Assembly: GCA_964016885.1 (NCBI GenBank) | Contig: OZ024745.1 | Coordinates: forward strand, 97,526,001 to 97,590,000 | Source of the DNA: Eledone cirrhosa | Lineage: Eukaryota | DNA length: 64,000 nucleotides | Direction: 5' to 3' | Shown here: positions 12,871-26,663 of the stretch, in pieces | Numbering within the stretch: position 1 is the first letter of the stretch | Layout: each line of letters starts with the position of its first letter | Program-made: the position numbers and the translations under genes | The notes under the pieces: model-generated | Told to the model about the DNA's origin: nothing | The model's input: only the letters and a program-made list of their open reading frames with translations | Databases searched by the model: none

Positions 12871-13369
12871 AACAACGATCCAACAACAACACCCTATGAA
12901 GTAGATGGAGATGGATTTTCAGTGAAAGATTTTTAACAAGAGACAAATCTGACAATTACTTTATTGTTATGAAACCTAGAGTTATAGAACAGTAGCCATT
13001 CTTAACTACTACTATATTATAATAAACATACCAACTCTATATAACATATCAAGTACTCTTTACTTTGGATAAACTACTTGGAAATTATTATAGTATATAT
13101 AAAGTGAAGCTGGTTGTCTGTCTGTCTGTCTTCAAGAGAAATGAATGATCTGTGAAGTAGATCTCCTTAAGATCTGGCAGATAATCAAGTATTTAACAGA
13201 CTAAGTAATTGTTGATTTTAACTTACTAAGAGGCTTTTATTTATAGATGTACAACTGTTGGAAACTCCAGCAAGATCAACAGGACTTAAACTGAATTGTT
13301 TAATCTACTCGTCTTGTTCAACGGGGATTCTTTCTTCCCATTATTTTAATTCCCTTACTTCCTGTAAAA

Positions 13370-13720
13370 GGTTCCATGTTAGCCCTGTAATGGAATACAG
13401 AGATATCTTAGACAACATCCAAAACAAGGCTATCCAACTGATTGCTCTAAGTCACAAACCAACACTTTAGCCTACTATACATACAGATATCCTAGATAAT
13501 ATACAAAACAATACCTAACTGATTAGTTTCAGTCACTAAACAATACTTTGCTCCACAGATTAGCACATACTAATAATAAAATCTGGCTCATTGTATGCTA
13601 CATCCACTCTCCTGTCACCAAAATTTTGTCCACTCAAACACTCTGACTAGTCCTTTCTCTTCAGAACATACCCCTCGAAAATTCAATTATTTTTTCCAAC
13701 ATTTTACCTGCAACAGCTGT
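13370..13720 (+). mobile_element. decayed CR1/L2-type LINE, RT C-terminal fragment
   Basis: Translates to VSPVMEY..LDNIQNKAIQLI, resembling the VRP.LEY..LE.VQ..A..LI motif. Confidence 0.55.
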
Positions 13721-14080
13721 TTTATAGACAGATCAACTGTGTCAATCTCTTCATTTTTGAATGCCTACAAAGGTTATGGTACACAGCTCTTACCTCCATA
13801 AAAAACCTTTTTAAAAATTGCCTTTGCACTAGCATTGCTTTTTGTTGAACAATGCTTAGATCATCTGACAGCAGACGCCGTCCATTCGTGTGTGTGTGTC
13901 TGTGTCTGTATTGGTATGTGTATTAGTCAGGATTTATTTAGTCTCCTAATCCTTTTGTTACCATATTTTTTCCATATTTATCATGAAAGAAATAAAGCTT
14001 ACTATTTTCAAATCACTGAAAATAGTCCAGAATTTGGAGGATAAGTAACTTTTTCATTAAGCTAGGGTTTGAAATATAAC

Positions 14081-14245
14081 TTAACCCTTTAGCATTTAAA
14101 CCAGCTGTATCCAATCAGAATTCTCTCACCTCTTTCTATTCAAACTGGCTATAATCAGCCACTGCTGATGTTAAGGTATTGTTCTCAAAATAAATAATAT
14201 CAAAATCGTGTAGATTCAATAATATGTGGTAATGTAAATGCTGAG
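14081..14245 (-). mobile_element. piggyBac-type MITE A
   Basis: TTAACCCTTTAGCATTTAAA start and internal family match. Confidence 0.75.
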
Positions 14246-14479
14246 GTTCTTATATAAAATCATGGAGGTTTTTTTTAGATAAATATAAATACATTAAAAA
14301 TAAACAGCTTATTATCATAGAATGAAGGGCAGTTTCAGGAAGCTTAGTACCAAAAGAGTTAAACTTTATCTGTCTTCAACAAGTCAAAAGAGTTCAGAAA
14401 ATTGTCACATAACTGAAACCAAAAAGGATTTGTTGAAAAATACTAGAGTATGAAGTTACAATGAATCATAGTAAATGTA

Positions 14480-14790
14480 GAGAATATTCAAAAAAATGAA
14501 GCAAGCGTGCTTCGATGGATGTGTCCTTCTAGTGTGCATGAATGACAAAGCATGGATGAGTGTGCTAGAAGAGAAGACTAGATTGGTATAATAGATATGT
14601 GATGTATATAGATGATCATTGAGTGAAGAAGTACCAGGAGTTCCAAGTGGAGAGAAGCTGCAACAGATGTAGACCAAGGAAGATTTGGATAGAGGTAATG
14701 AGAGCAGACCTCAAAATGCTGAACCTCAGAGATGATGATGGAAAACAATAAGACATAACCAAACTATGTAAGCATGGAACAGCATATGTA
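14480..14790 (+). mobile_element. decayed RTE-clade LINE 3' fragment
   Basis: Broken frames give NEASVLRWMC..RPRKIWIEVMRADLKMLNL, typical of the RTE ORF C-terminus. Confidence 0.65.
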
Positions 14791-14932
14791 AAAAGATTAT
14801 GACACACACACACACACACACATGTAAGTATGTATATCTTTCAGTGATGTAAATCAGTGAGAAAACAAATAAACTTGTGCTTCAAACAAAATACCTTATA
14901 TTTGTTATGGCTGAGTTACACAGATTTTATCT

Positions 14933-15420
14933 TAGCACTCTCACCACCACTAACAAACTGTCCCATTTAAGCACTCTCACCACCACTAACAAACTGTCCC
15001 ATTTAAGCACTCACCACCACTAACAAACTGTCCCATTTAAGCACGCACCACCACTAACAAACTGTCCCATTTAAGCACTCTCACCACCACTAACAAACTG
15101 TCCTATTTAAGCACTCTCACCACCACTAACAAACTGTCCTATTTAAGCACTCTCACCACCACTAACAAACTGTCCCATTTCAGCTCTCCCACCACCACTA
15201 ACAAACTGTCCCATTTAAGCACTCTCACCACCACTAACAAACTGTCCCATTTAAGCACTCTCACCACCACTAACAAACTGTCCTATTTAAGCACTCTCAC
15301 CACCACTAACAAACTGTCCCATTTCAGCTCTCTCACCACCACTAACAAACTGTCCCATCTATACTAGCACTCTCACCACCTATAACAAATGTTATCTTAG
15401 CACTCTCACCACTGACCTGT
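14933..15420. repeat. 36-bp minisatellite x~13
   Basis: Unit TAAGCACTCTCACCACCACTAACAAACTGTCCCATT. Confidence 0.95.
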
Positions 15421-15627
15421 CCAGTTTATGCTAACATGAAAAAAAGGATGTTAAATGGTGCTGGCAATGACAATGACTAACTAGTGATTAGCACATTTGA
15501 AACTTTTAACCACCAATGCCTTTTGTTCATTAAATGTCATATAAAATAACTATTATAATTATAAGTATGCTCCAGCCTGTCATAAGTTCATTAGCTTCAA
15601 TGGAAAAATTAGGCAATGTTTACTAAC

Positions 15628-15646
15628 CTGCAGACTTATGCAATAC
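15628..15646 (-). CDS. candidate 19-nt micro-exon (GTATTGCATAAGTCTGCAG)
   Basis: Acceptor tttttaccacattttaccag and donor CAG|gttagt; splice signals are the only evidence. Confidence 0.25.
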
Positions 15647-15667
15647 CTGGTAAAATGTGGTAAAAAT

Positions 15668-16330
15668 GAACCCTTTTAATACCAATCTACCTGAAACTGA
15701 CCCTGGTTCTATGATACAAAACTGTTTTAACATTTTAGCATTTACATTACTCTATATTTATCTCATAATATCGAATCTACGAGATTTTGATATTATTTAT
15801 TTTGAGAACAATACCTTAACATAAATATGAGCAGCCGGTTTTGGCTGGTTTGGACAGAGAGAGGTGAGAGAATTCTGGCCGATACAGACGGTTTAAATAC
15901 TAAAGGGTTATAATGTTTTTATTTATCTAAAAACCTTTCATCATTTTATACAAGAAAGTTGTTTTCCAAACACCAACTTAATAAAAAGAAAGTTAGTTAT
16001 ATTACTGAATCCTTTCAAATTCTAGATTATTTTCAAAATTATTTTAAAATAAACAAAAATGTGGTACCAGAAGAGTTAACCCTTTTGTCATCAAACTGCC
16101 TGAAACCTTCCCCTGGGGCTACAATACAAAAGTGTTGTTTTAAAATGTTTATATTTATTTAAAAACCTTCCATCATAATTTTATGTAAGAACTTTTAAGT
16201 TATATTAACACCAGCTTAATCTAAGAAGAAAGTTATTTTGCTAAATTCCTCAAGGTTTTTGTTATTGTCAAAATGATTTGAAAATAAATGACAACGCCCT
16301 TCTTTAGAACTATGGTAAATAAGGGGTTAA
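15668..16330 (+). mobile_element. chain of piggyBac-type MITEs (B with nested A, then a second B)
   Basis: MITE A at ~15727-15910 inside B; shared TTAA at 16076-16079; terminal GGGGTTAA at 16323-16330. Confidence 0.75.
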
Positions 16331-16811
16331 ACCCAAGTTCTAAAGAAGTATTTCAAAAACACTATAAAAAACATCATTCAGACCAAAATTAAAACCACAA
16401 GCAGTTGCTACTTTATAAAACCAATCATCAATGAATTTATAATGTCTGATATTTATGGCATCAAACCATCTACTTTTACCTAGAGCAGAGGTTTTCAAAG
16501 TGGGTGTTACCCCCTCCCCATTGAGGTGGGGGGGGGGGCATTGAGAAGGTCCAAGGGACACAGGGTAAAGATGATATATTAGTATATTAAATATCAAATG
16601 ATACATATATATATAAATATAGTAAAATAAAAAATATAATATATAAATTACCGATTTTATTTAAATATATATTTACAATTTGCGTGTAGGCAGGTCTCTC
16701 TGGAAATAGGGTTGGAGGGGGTGCTGAGGGTATAACTGTTGTTACCACTTCTACCTAACTCATCCCATGGACTGAGTGCTCTACCACTACGGATATTACC
16801 TTCCAGTGTTC

Positions 16812-17260
<449 letters not shown>

Positions 17261-17339
17261 TATATTGCAAGATCAACAATGAAAAATAAAGAAAGCAAAG
17301 GACAATTACAAAAAGTGTTATTAGATCAATAAAACAGAA

Positions 17340-18040
17340 TATCAGTCATATTGGGGAATTCATTGAATTGGAGCCTGTAATGAGATGCCATGTGGTGTCT
17401 ATTGTAGTTAAAATTCTGCCTAGAGATTCAACTACTGACAATAAAACACTATGTAGCAGGACTCATTAAAAGTGTAGGGTGTGCGCCTCAGTGGAGATGG
17501 TAAAGGACTAAACAGCCATAGAAGCTAGTGGTAGAGAAAGCATTAAGAGGAAACAGTCTCTCTGAGGGCGAGAGGTTCAAGTGTGTTTAGTGAGTGAGTT
17601 CATGCTAATCAGTCAAGTGACCTTTCTTTGCAGCAGCACCATCCCAGATATGAAAGCGGTATTCCATTGTAGAAATTTTGCCTGAACTTTGTTGAGGTTT
17701 AGTAACTAATTGATAGGGGCTAAAAAGCATTTTCTGGCTCTGATGGGGAAGGCTTTGTTTTGTTGATTGTTTTCTGTTGTTGTTGTTGTTTTTTTTGTTT
17801 TTGTTTTTTTTTGGGGGGGGGGTCCTACTGTTGAAAAAGAAAACAAAATTGTCATGACTCTATTGTAGGATGTATTTGAGATTTCTTTTCGTGTTTGGCA
17901 AGAGAGAAGTCTAAGTGAAATGTGTATGATGTTTAACTATTGATGGAACATTATGGATGAGTGGAGGGTGGTGTTCATATCATCTATAGAGGAGGTGGGA
18001 ATTTCTGATGACAGCAGGTAGGTTGTTGATGTATTAGGGA
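17340..18040 (-). mobile_element. decayed CR1/L2/Jockey-type LINE RT fragment
   Basis: Minus strand near 17630-17672 reads TMEYRFHIWDGAAA, resembling the RP.MEYCSHIW motif. Confidence 0.5.
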
Positions 18041-18552
18041 AAGAATGTGGAAGACAAAACCAAACCTGGAACACAGCTCAATATGGGTCAGAAAGAGCTC
18101 CACCAGCACATGCCGAAGTATTGTGATCAAAGGTGTAGTAGAATATATAGGTGGACAGTTTTGACAAGAGATTCACGGGCTAGAAATGGCCAAAAACTTT
18201 CTTTGAGAGTAACAATACTACTTTCACCAAATTTCGCTGGGATCAGAACCTACTGACAAGTAACATAAAAGACTAGGTTTCCAGTAACTCTGGTTTTACA
18301 AAAGCTATATGAATGGAACATATAAACAAAATGGGTCACTCCAACTTGTCTGGTCTCAGAACATGACAACCTGTCCAACCCATGCCAATGTGAAAAGCGG
18401 ACATAAAATAATGATGATGGTCACTAAGAGACAGAGATTCAAGATAGAAGAGAAACAGAAAGTTATTGGTGGTTTTCTATTACGTTGGAGATGTTGAAAG
18501 TGAGTGTAATAGGACATTTCTACCTGCATACCACTTAAACATCCTCATCATC

Positions 18553-18735
18553 ATTGGCAGTATCGGTAGAGGGTCGGACATCATGCTTTGACGCATAGAG
18601 TTATGGCCCTTGCCATTCTGAGTTCAAATCCCGCTGAGGTTAACTTTGCCTTTCATCCTTACGGGGTCAATAAAATAAAGTACCAGTAATGCACTGAGTA
18701 ATTGCTGCCCTTGTGCCAAAAATAGAAACAATTAT
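18553..18735 (+). mobile_element. SINE family 1 (a second partial head follows at 18763-18855)
   Basis: Consensus match. Confidence 0.9.
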
Positions 18736-18949
18736 TATTGTTAATAATAATAACAATACTGAGGTAGATTGGTAGTATCAGTAGAGCATCAGATAACATA
18801 CTTCGCAGCATTGAGTTTATGGCCCTTTGTATCCTGATTTCAAATCCCGCCAAGCGATATCATAAACTGTTATTGTATAACAGATTCAAGTAAATCCATA
18901 AAGATAGCATTGACACTTCCCATATTTCACTGAATAATTGCAGATTACA

Positions 18950-19135
18950 AACCCACACTATAAATGTGGTTGGTGTTAGGAAAGGCATCCAGCTGTAAAA
19001 ACCCCGGCCTAATTTACAGTCCCATCAGAGCAACGTATGGCGTCGCCAATCCTGGCCAAACTTGTCTCTCGACGTGACTGACCCTTCTGGCCTATACAAG
19101 CAGGGAAAAATAGATGTTAAATGGTGATGATGAAA
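18950..19135 (+). mobile_element. SINE/RTE-type 3' tail element, with an inverted partner at 21155-21330
   Basis: GTTGGTGTTAGGAAAGGCATCCAGCTG..CCAATCCTGGCCAAACTTGTCTCTCGA..GTTAAATGGTGATG; reverse-complement homologue ~2 kb downstream. Confidence 0.75.
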
Positions 19136-19570
19136 AAATGGAAGTTAAACACTGAGGGTGGGAGGAATGAGATATGTAGGACACCTGAATCATGAAAACT
19201 TGGTAGCAAAGTTTATGTATGCTGGTAAACATACTTGACATAGTAATAAGTTAAGAATTTTAATTAATTAACAGCATTATCAATTTGAACTCAAGATTCA
19301 AAATCTGGAAAACAAATGCAACAACTATTTGGATATGTTCTCTGCCAGAAAATCATGTGTAATCCAGGTAATACGCTAATCCACTGTTACAATCCTCCTG
19401 TAAGAATATTTCCACTGAACACATATATGCCAACAATGAAACACAACAGAAAATGTTGATTATCTGCTGTAGCACTTCGTACACTCCCTTAATGCCTTCT
19501 GTTTCAAAAGATAACTAAAACACTGGCTTCATTAGCTGAGTTTACTCATCAACAAATGTGGGTGTGTAAG

Positions 19571-19603
<33 letters not shown>

Positions 19604-20556
19604 ATAAGTATACATATATATGTGTGTGAATAAGTATATATATATATATATACATATACATATACATGTGTGTGTGTGTGTGTATAAGTATATATATTAT
19701 CACCACCATTTAACGTCCATTTTATCTACACTGGCGTGGGTTAGACGAGTCATCCGGTTGTGAGCAATGCCAAGTCAGGTAACCATCCATGTCTTGCTCA
19801 TATATGTATATGAGTGTATAAATATAAATATATATATGTGTTGTAAGCATGTGTATATATAATATCATCATTTAACATCCATTTTCCATGCTAGCAAAGG
19901 GAAGGGTCGTCACAGACTGAGTCAGTACTCTAGCAGAGATACTGTCTTCTTAGAAAGGGTGGGGGCCCACATCTAGCTTACATAAGTTGCTACACTCTAC
20001 CCAGTAATCAGAAAAGTGGGAGACCCACATTTTGTCTACACATATTCCTGCACTCTATCAAGTGTATTTTATTGTGGCACCAAAATTAAGGATGTTGTCA
20101 CAACTAAAGAGTCCTCCTTACCATCCTTTCGCAAGTTTTCTTACAGCACGATGCCCTTCTTATCACTCACCCCCATACAGAGTGTACTGGGTGTATTTTT
20201 TGTAGCACCAGCACTAAAGAGGTTGTCAATTAGTCACTCAATTGAAGAGCCCTCTTTACATATACTATCACCTTTTCAAACAACTGAGAGATTCTTTCTA
20301 TGAGTGAAGGGCAGATGGTATGACACTTGTGTATGAAGTGCAGTGTTACATGGTAGCAAAACATGGGTATTGAATGATGGAGGAGGAGGGGGGGGGGGGG
20401 GGATAACAGGAAAAATTGAAGCAAGCATACTAGATGTGTAATGTTTGTGTACATGAATGGTAAAGCTGAAATGAGTTGTAATGTGAAGCTTGTATGGATA
20501 TATGAGTCATATGGAAGAGACTGAGAATGAAAAAAGATGTACTACTACGAAAGGTT

Positions 20557-20737
20557 ATAAATTGTTTCTCCTTTTGGCACAAGGCCAGCAATTATCCCAG
20601 TGTATTACTGGTACTTTATTTTATCGACCCCTTAATGAAGAAAAGTTAACCTTGGCGGAATTTGAACTCAGACCATAAGAGGCCATACTCTTTGCTGCAA
20701 AGCATGGCGTCTGACCCTCTACCGATACTGCCAATCT
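20557..20737 (-). mobile_element. SINE family 1
   Basis: Reverse-complement consensus match. Confidence 0.85.
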
Positions 20738-20739
20738 AA

Positions 20740-21020
20740 GGAGTTTATCTCAGACATTGGAGTGAGAAATTAGCTCATCAGACATTGGAGTGGGAGGTTT
20801 ATTTCATCAGACATTGGAGTGAGAAATTAGCTCATCAGACATTGGAGTGGGAGGTTTATTTCATCAGACATTGGAGTAAGAGGTTTTTAGCTCAGCAGAC
20901 ATTGGAGTGAGAGGTTTAGCTCAGCAGACATTGGAGTGGGAGGTTTATCTCATCAGACATTGGAGTGAGAGGTTTATCTCATCAGACATTGGAATGAGGG
21001 GTTTATTTCATTAGACATTG
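20740..21020. repeat. 27-29 bp minisatellite x~10
   Basis: Unit CATCAGACATTGGAGTGRGAGGTTTATYT. Confidence 0.9.
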
Positions 21021-21489
21021 AACTTGACAACTATGCAGTCAAAAGTGGAATTAAATGAAGGCACAGAGAAAATATTTAGACAATCAGAGATAGCTGCTTC
21101 AATGTAGAAAATATGAGGCACAGTAAGTTACATGCTGGTCACTGACACAGTCAATCATCATTATCACGTCCATTTTTCCATGCTTACATGGGTCAGGCGG
21201 GTCTCCTGCATCGAGAGACAAATCTGGCCAGGATTGGCCACATCATACCTTGCTCCGACGGGACTGTAAATTTGGCTGGGTCTTTTTCACAGCTGGATGC
21301 CCTTCCTAACACCAACCACATTTACAGAGGTTATAAAATGAGATGTCATATCTAATGATTGGTACATCAGTGTCATAAACAGTTACAAGGACAAGTAGGG
21401 AGGGGGTTGCTCTAGAGAGAAGCAACTACAGAGACATCAAATTAATGAATTAAGCGATGATAAAGTTATAGTACATTTTGGTTAAGAAG

Positions 21490-22650
21490 AAAACTAACTA
21501 GCTTAGATGAGATGCAATTTAGATTGTGCAATGTCAGCATGCTCTCTTTCTAAGGACATAACAATAGAAGGAGTACTAATAGCAATTGTTGATGTGGGGA
21601 GAAATCTTTGGAAGGGTTTCATATCCTGTAGTTAGTTGCTTGCTAAGAAGACTAAGTGTAAATGAATGGTTTGTTTGAGTTGTATAAACTATGTACAAGG
21701 AGGCCATCAGAAAAATGACACTCGTTATTTAAACATTTTAATTCATAACGACATCTTTCAGACATAATGTTTTGTGTAAATGGGTATTGTTATCGGAAAA
21801 TATTGAATGGATTTTCTCAAATGTCAACATTTTGTAGCTTTTCAGCTTTCGATGAATGTTCTTGTTCGTGACAGTTTATTATGCAGGTAAGTGTCCATCA
21901 GGGCTCAGTCTCCAATCTCCAGGTTATAACAAAGAAACTTAAGACTGGCAGTCTGTGGGAACTGCTGCTTACTAATGACCTAATTCCCACAGCTGAATCT
22001 GTCAAAGATGAAAAAATAATTCCAGACATGGAAGCAAAACCAAGACTCAAGAGACCTAAAAGTACCTAAATATTTCATTAGTTAGTGGTAAAAAAGACAG
22101 CCCTGCTGCCATCAGGGATATAGCTATACTTCATATGCAGAAAAGTAGTAGGATCACAGAGGAATAGTTAACAGTGCATAGGAATAGTTAGCAGTATAAG
22201 TATACAGGAAATAGATTCCTTCAAATGCCAGGAAAATTTCCAAGAAGTCGTCAATAGCTTTTATTACCTAGGTATCCTAATTAAAAATGGCAGAGGGTGT
22301 TCTGAAAGCATAAGTGCCAAAGTAAGAACAGAGTTGAAAAAAGTTCATGAAGTTAATATTAATAACCACTGCGAACAGTGGTTTTTACTCAGAATAAAAG
22401 GTAGATACTTAAGTACAAAACGCAATGCTGCACTGTTGCAAAATATGGGCCTTAAATGCAGAAAATGTTTGAAAACAGGAAAGAAATGAGGCAGACATAT
22501 TCCACTGGATGTGTGTAATGTTAGTGTGCATGAAGGGCAGTGCAGAATAGCTGAATAAGAAGTTGAATATAAGGGGAATTTGATGTAATATGCAATATGA
22601 CTACATTGGTAGAGACATGTATATGGAGGATGTCAGCTTGGAAAAGAAAC
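21490..22650 (+). pseudogene. decayed RTE-clade LINE reverse transcriptase
   Basis: ORF 21881 QVSVHQGSV..KTGSLWELLLTNDL matches RT motifs VGVHQGS..PWELLYADD; downstream EVVNSFYYLG..GCSESISAKVR; many stops and frameshifts. Confidence 0.8.
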
Positions 22651-22999
22651 AATGTCAAATAATGATGATATGTGAATATATATATTAGATGTATGGAAAC
22701 CTGTAAGCAACAGTGCTATAATTCACCATAAAATATTTCAATAGATGAAACAATGGATACCATCAAATAACTGAAACCAGTGTGGTTCAATCTGAAACTT
22801 TGATTGCCATGGAAACTTAAACATAATCTATACATACACACTGTCAGGTCAGGCTTCTGCCTGCTATTAATCATGTAACCATGGTCCAAGTGGTCAGCAA
22901 CTAAACCAGTTCCCCCACCTGTGAGGAGGGTAAGTGGGACCCCAGCAGCGCAAAAATCAAGTGTTGTTAAAAAGGGGAATTAACTCCTCAGAGTCAACA

Positions 23000-23220
23000 T
23001 TTACCATTTACATTACCCTATATTTACTATTGTATTTTCACAGTAAAGGCTTTATCTGACATAATTATCTCACATATTGAATCGATGAGATTTTGATATT
23101 ATTTATTTTGAGAACAATACATTAACATCAGTATGAGCAACCAGATACAGCCGATTTGAACAGAAATAGGTGAAAGAATTCTAACCAGATATGGCTGGTT
23201 TAAAAGGCTAAAGGGATAAC
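23000..23220 (+). mobile_element. piggyBac-type MITE A (decayed ends)
   Basis: Internal match to the MITE A consensus. Confidence 0.75.
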
Positions 23221-23719
23221 AAAGGTTCTCACAAAAAATTATGGTGGCACAAACAACAAAGCATTGATTGTTCTATGGGACAGGGAACAAAAATCAAGTT
23301 TTGTAGGAGTCAGCTACATAGATGTAAATATCATGTCTCAAGTTATACTAATATATAGAACTTAGAGCTGTTGTATCACAGCTATATAGGGCACTAATGT
23401 AGTACTTAGAGCTGTTGTAGTGCTGTGTGGTGAAGGCAAGTGGCAGAGTAGTTAGAGAATTGGATTCGCAATCTTGAGGTTGTTAGTTTGATTCCTAGAC
23501 CGGGTGATGTGTTATGTCCTAGAGCAAGACACTTTATTTCATGTTGCTCCTTCTACCAGCAATTGAAAAGACCAACAGAAACATTGTTTCCTTGGTCCGA
23601 TTTGACGAAAGTCGATCGAATGTCAATTGCTGTGTCTAGCCATATTGCAGTGTTCTTTGTTCATTACAGTCACCAATCTGGTATTTTTCTCAAAACCGTG
23701 ACTGATAATGACCAAAAGA

Positions 23720-24000
23720 ATACAATCACAAATACAATGGGGTTTCTCCAAAGGGGAACATTACTTGATAGAGTGCGTAGTTCGGAGATCTGAGAGGCGC
23801 TCTAGCTAGAGCTGCTATTTCTCCAAATTGAGAGATCACAGCTCCGATACTATGGGCATGAGGTTAGAATGTCTGAGGAAAGAATAGCTAGACAGATTTT
23901 ACAGGCAAAACCAACTAGCAGGAGATCCAGGGGTAGTCCCCCAAGGACGATGGTTGGATAACATCCATGAGCTTGGCTGGTCTCACTTAGGGATCCAGAT
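23720..24000 (+). mobile_element. RTE-clade LINE 3' fragment (related pieces at ~3200-3320, 29790-30000, 60770-60880)
   Basis: IERSQLRYYGHEVRMSEERIARQILQAKPTSRRSRG matches the RTE LRWFGHV.RM..R.RGRP motif. Confidence 0.75.
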
Positions 24001-25177
24001 TTTAATCATTTACTACTACAGTGAAGGTTTGTAAATCATTCCAAAGATTTTCCATTTGAATTTCCTGGAAGAAATATATACAAGCACTTGTGTATTCGGA
24101 GCTATTAATACCGACAATACACCTATATATATCTAGTCTTGACTAAATCAAAAAGCCTTATCACTTTGTGATTGGTTTGAATTCTGCAAACAAGTTAAAT
24201 AAATCACAAAGATAACATACACATTTATAGTATATACACTACAACAAAGTAGCATGCTATCATTGATGGCAAGCAGGAAGAACATCTAGGACCTGTCAGC
24301 TAAAAGGAGAGAAGACTGTGCAAACACGGGGTTGGTGCTTTGTTTATCAACCCTGAAAGGATTAAAACATAATGGACGTCAATGACAGCTAAATCAAATA
24401 TTGCAACACATTTCATCCTACACTGCAATTTACTAAGGATGCTATTAGATCAATGATAGTGTGACATGAAAAGAAAAAGTGTCGTCAATGTATCGGACAT
24501 TGGTCCGATATCAGGAAAGGAATAAGAGAGAAAGGGAAGTTAGGTAATACAAAAAAAGTTTTTAAAAAAATACAGATAGAGAAGATATTAATGGGGTGTA
24601 TAAATGACTTATTATCACTGTTTAATCTCTTTTATCAATGTTTGCATGGGTTAGATAGATTGTCATATGTCAAGGCTAGAATGGTCATGTGGTGACGTCT
24701 TGCTCATACACTATATTTTGGGCTTGGTTTTCTACAGCTGGATGCCCTTCCTAATGCCAACCACATTTCAAAGTTGTTGGCTTTTTTTTTTTTGTGGTGC
24801 CAGCCCTACCACCTTACAAGGTACACAGGGTGCTTTTTATTGTGGCACCAGTACAACCACCTTACAAGGAATCATTAGGCTCTGGATTCATCTTTGTAAT
24901 TTGCCATAGCATCAGGTCAACCCCATGCCTTGCAGATGAAATGGGGAAACTGTTTAGAAGCTGATTGGATGGACTGTACTTGTAAGTTAAAGGGCTAATC
25001 TTATCACATTCTGTGTCATGCTGAATCTCCCTGAGAATTACATTAAGAGTACACATGCCAGTAGAATGCTCAGCCACTTATATGTTAATTTCATGAACTG
25101 GCTGTTCTATTGGTCTCAACATTGAAACTGACCGAGGTCCATGTATGAATATATATATGTATATATGTATATATGTA

Positions 25178-25248
<71 letters not shown>

Positions 25249-25300
25249 CATATACATATATGTGTATATAACACAGGTCCATCATGTATATTCATACATA

Positions 25301-25334
<34 letters not shown>

Positions 25335-25469
25335 TATATGTCATATATATATATAACAATCATCATCATCATGGTTTAACGTCCATTTTCCACACTAGCA
25401 TGGGTAGGAATATGTATATATGTTATATATAACATAGAATATATGGTAATCTAAGAGCATATACAGAGT

Positions 25470-25612
25470 GTATGGCCAGATGCCCTTGTCATTCTGAGTT
25501 CAAATCTTGCTGAGGTTAACTTTGCCTTTCATCCTTACGGGGTCGATAAAATAAAGTACCAGTAATGCAATGGGTTATTGCTGGCCTTGTGCCAAAAGTA
25601 GAAACAATTATT
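25470..25612 (+). mobile_element. SINE family 1, 5'-truncated or decayed
   Basis: B box through tail present. Confidence 0.85.
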
Positions 25613-26124
25613 AAATAATCACTGATCTTAATAGTTTTTTCTAATAGAACACCAGATGGAAGATATTTGATTCTTTCGTCTAAGTTATTTCTCTATTATA
25701 ACAAATGCTGTAACCATTATGCTGAAAGACAATAAATCAGGAACCTAAAAGGTCACCCTAACAAGTTGACAACAACTGAAATGATTGGTCAATATTAAGA
25801 GTATTGATTTTTAAATGCCACAGTTATTTCATGGTAAAGACAACACCTGAGCAAGTTAGCTGGGAAGTGTAATAAGCACTGGCTTCATGCTGCAATATTA
25901 TATAACCTAATAATCTGATCAGACAATGGCTCAAATATCAAGAACATTATTATTATTAAATCAAATAGTATCACACAAATGCTTTATGTTGACATTTTTA
26001 TGGATACAATACGGTAACATATGTACTAAATTAAAGCATAGGGCTAAATATCTATAACCCTTAGCACATGTTACTGAGCTCCAGGTGCAGCAGAAATATA
26101 TGAAATACAAAGACACAAATGTAT

Positions 26125-26365
26125 GATAGTGGTGGGTGATGGTAGTGGGTGGTAGTGATAGCAGTGATTTGTAGTGATTACCATCACCATTACCAGTGGT
26201 AGTGGTGGTAGTGGTGGTAGTGGTAGTGGTGGTAGTGGTAGTGGTAGTGGTGGTAGTGGTAGTGGTGGTAGTGGTAGTGGTGGTAGTGGTAGTGGTAGTG
26301 GTGGGAGTGAAGATGATAGTTGAGGTAGTCATGGTAGTGGTGTTGGCAGCTGGTGGTAGTGATAG
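26125..26365. repeat. (GTG/GTA)n microsatellite
   Basis: Direct inspection. Confidence 0.95.
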
Positions 26366-26392
26366 GTGGCTTGTGATAAATAAAGAGAGTAA

Positions 26393-26583
26393 ATAATTGT
26401 TTCTACTTTAGGCACAAGGCCAGCAAATTACCCAGTGCATTACTGGTACTTTATTTTATCGACCCCGTAAGGATGAAAGGCAAAGTCAACCTCGGCGGGA
26501 TTTGAACTCAGATCATAAAGGGACGTAACTATGCTGGAAAGCATGGCGTCCGACCCTCTACCGATACTGCCAATCCACCACCC
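26393..26583 (-). mobile_element. SINE family 1 with 21-bp target-site duplication
   Basis: TAAATAAAGAGAGTAAATAAT at 26377-26397 and 26584-26604. Confidence 0.9.
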
Positions 26584-26663
26584 TAAATAAAGAGAGTAAA
26601 TAATAACAAGTAAATAACAAACAGAAGATTTAGAACAAAATTCTGAAGAATGACCACAAGAAC

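Noticed and set aside
14933-15420. 36-bp repeats suggestive of a CRISPR array
   Set aside because: Units are contiguous with no unique spacers; eukaryotic context and no cas genes.
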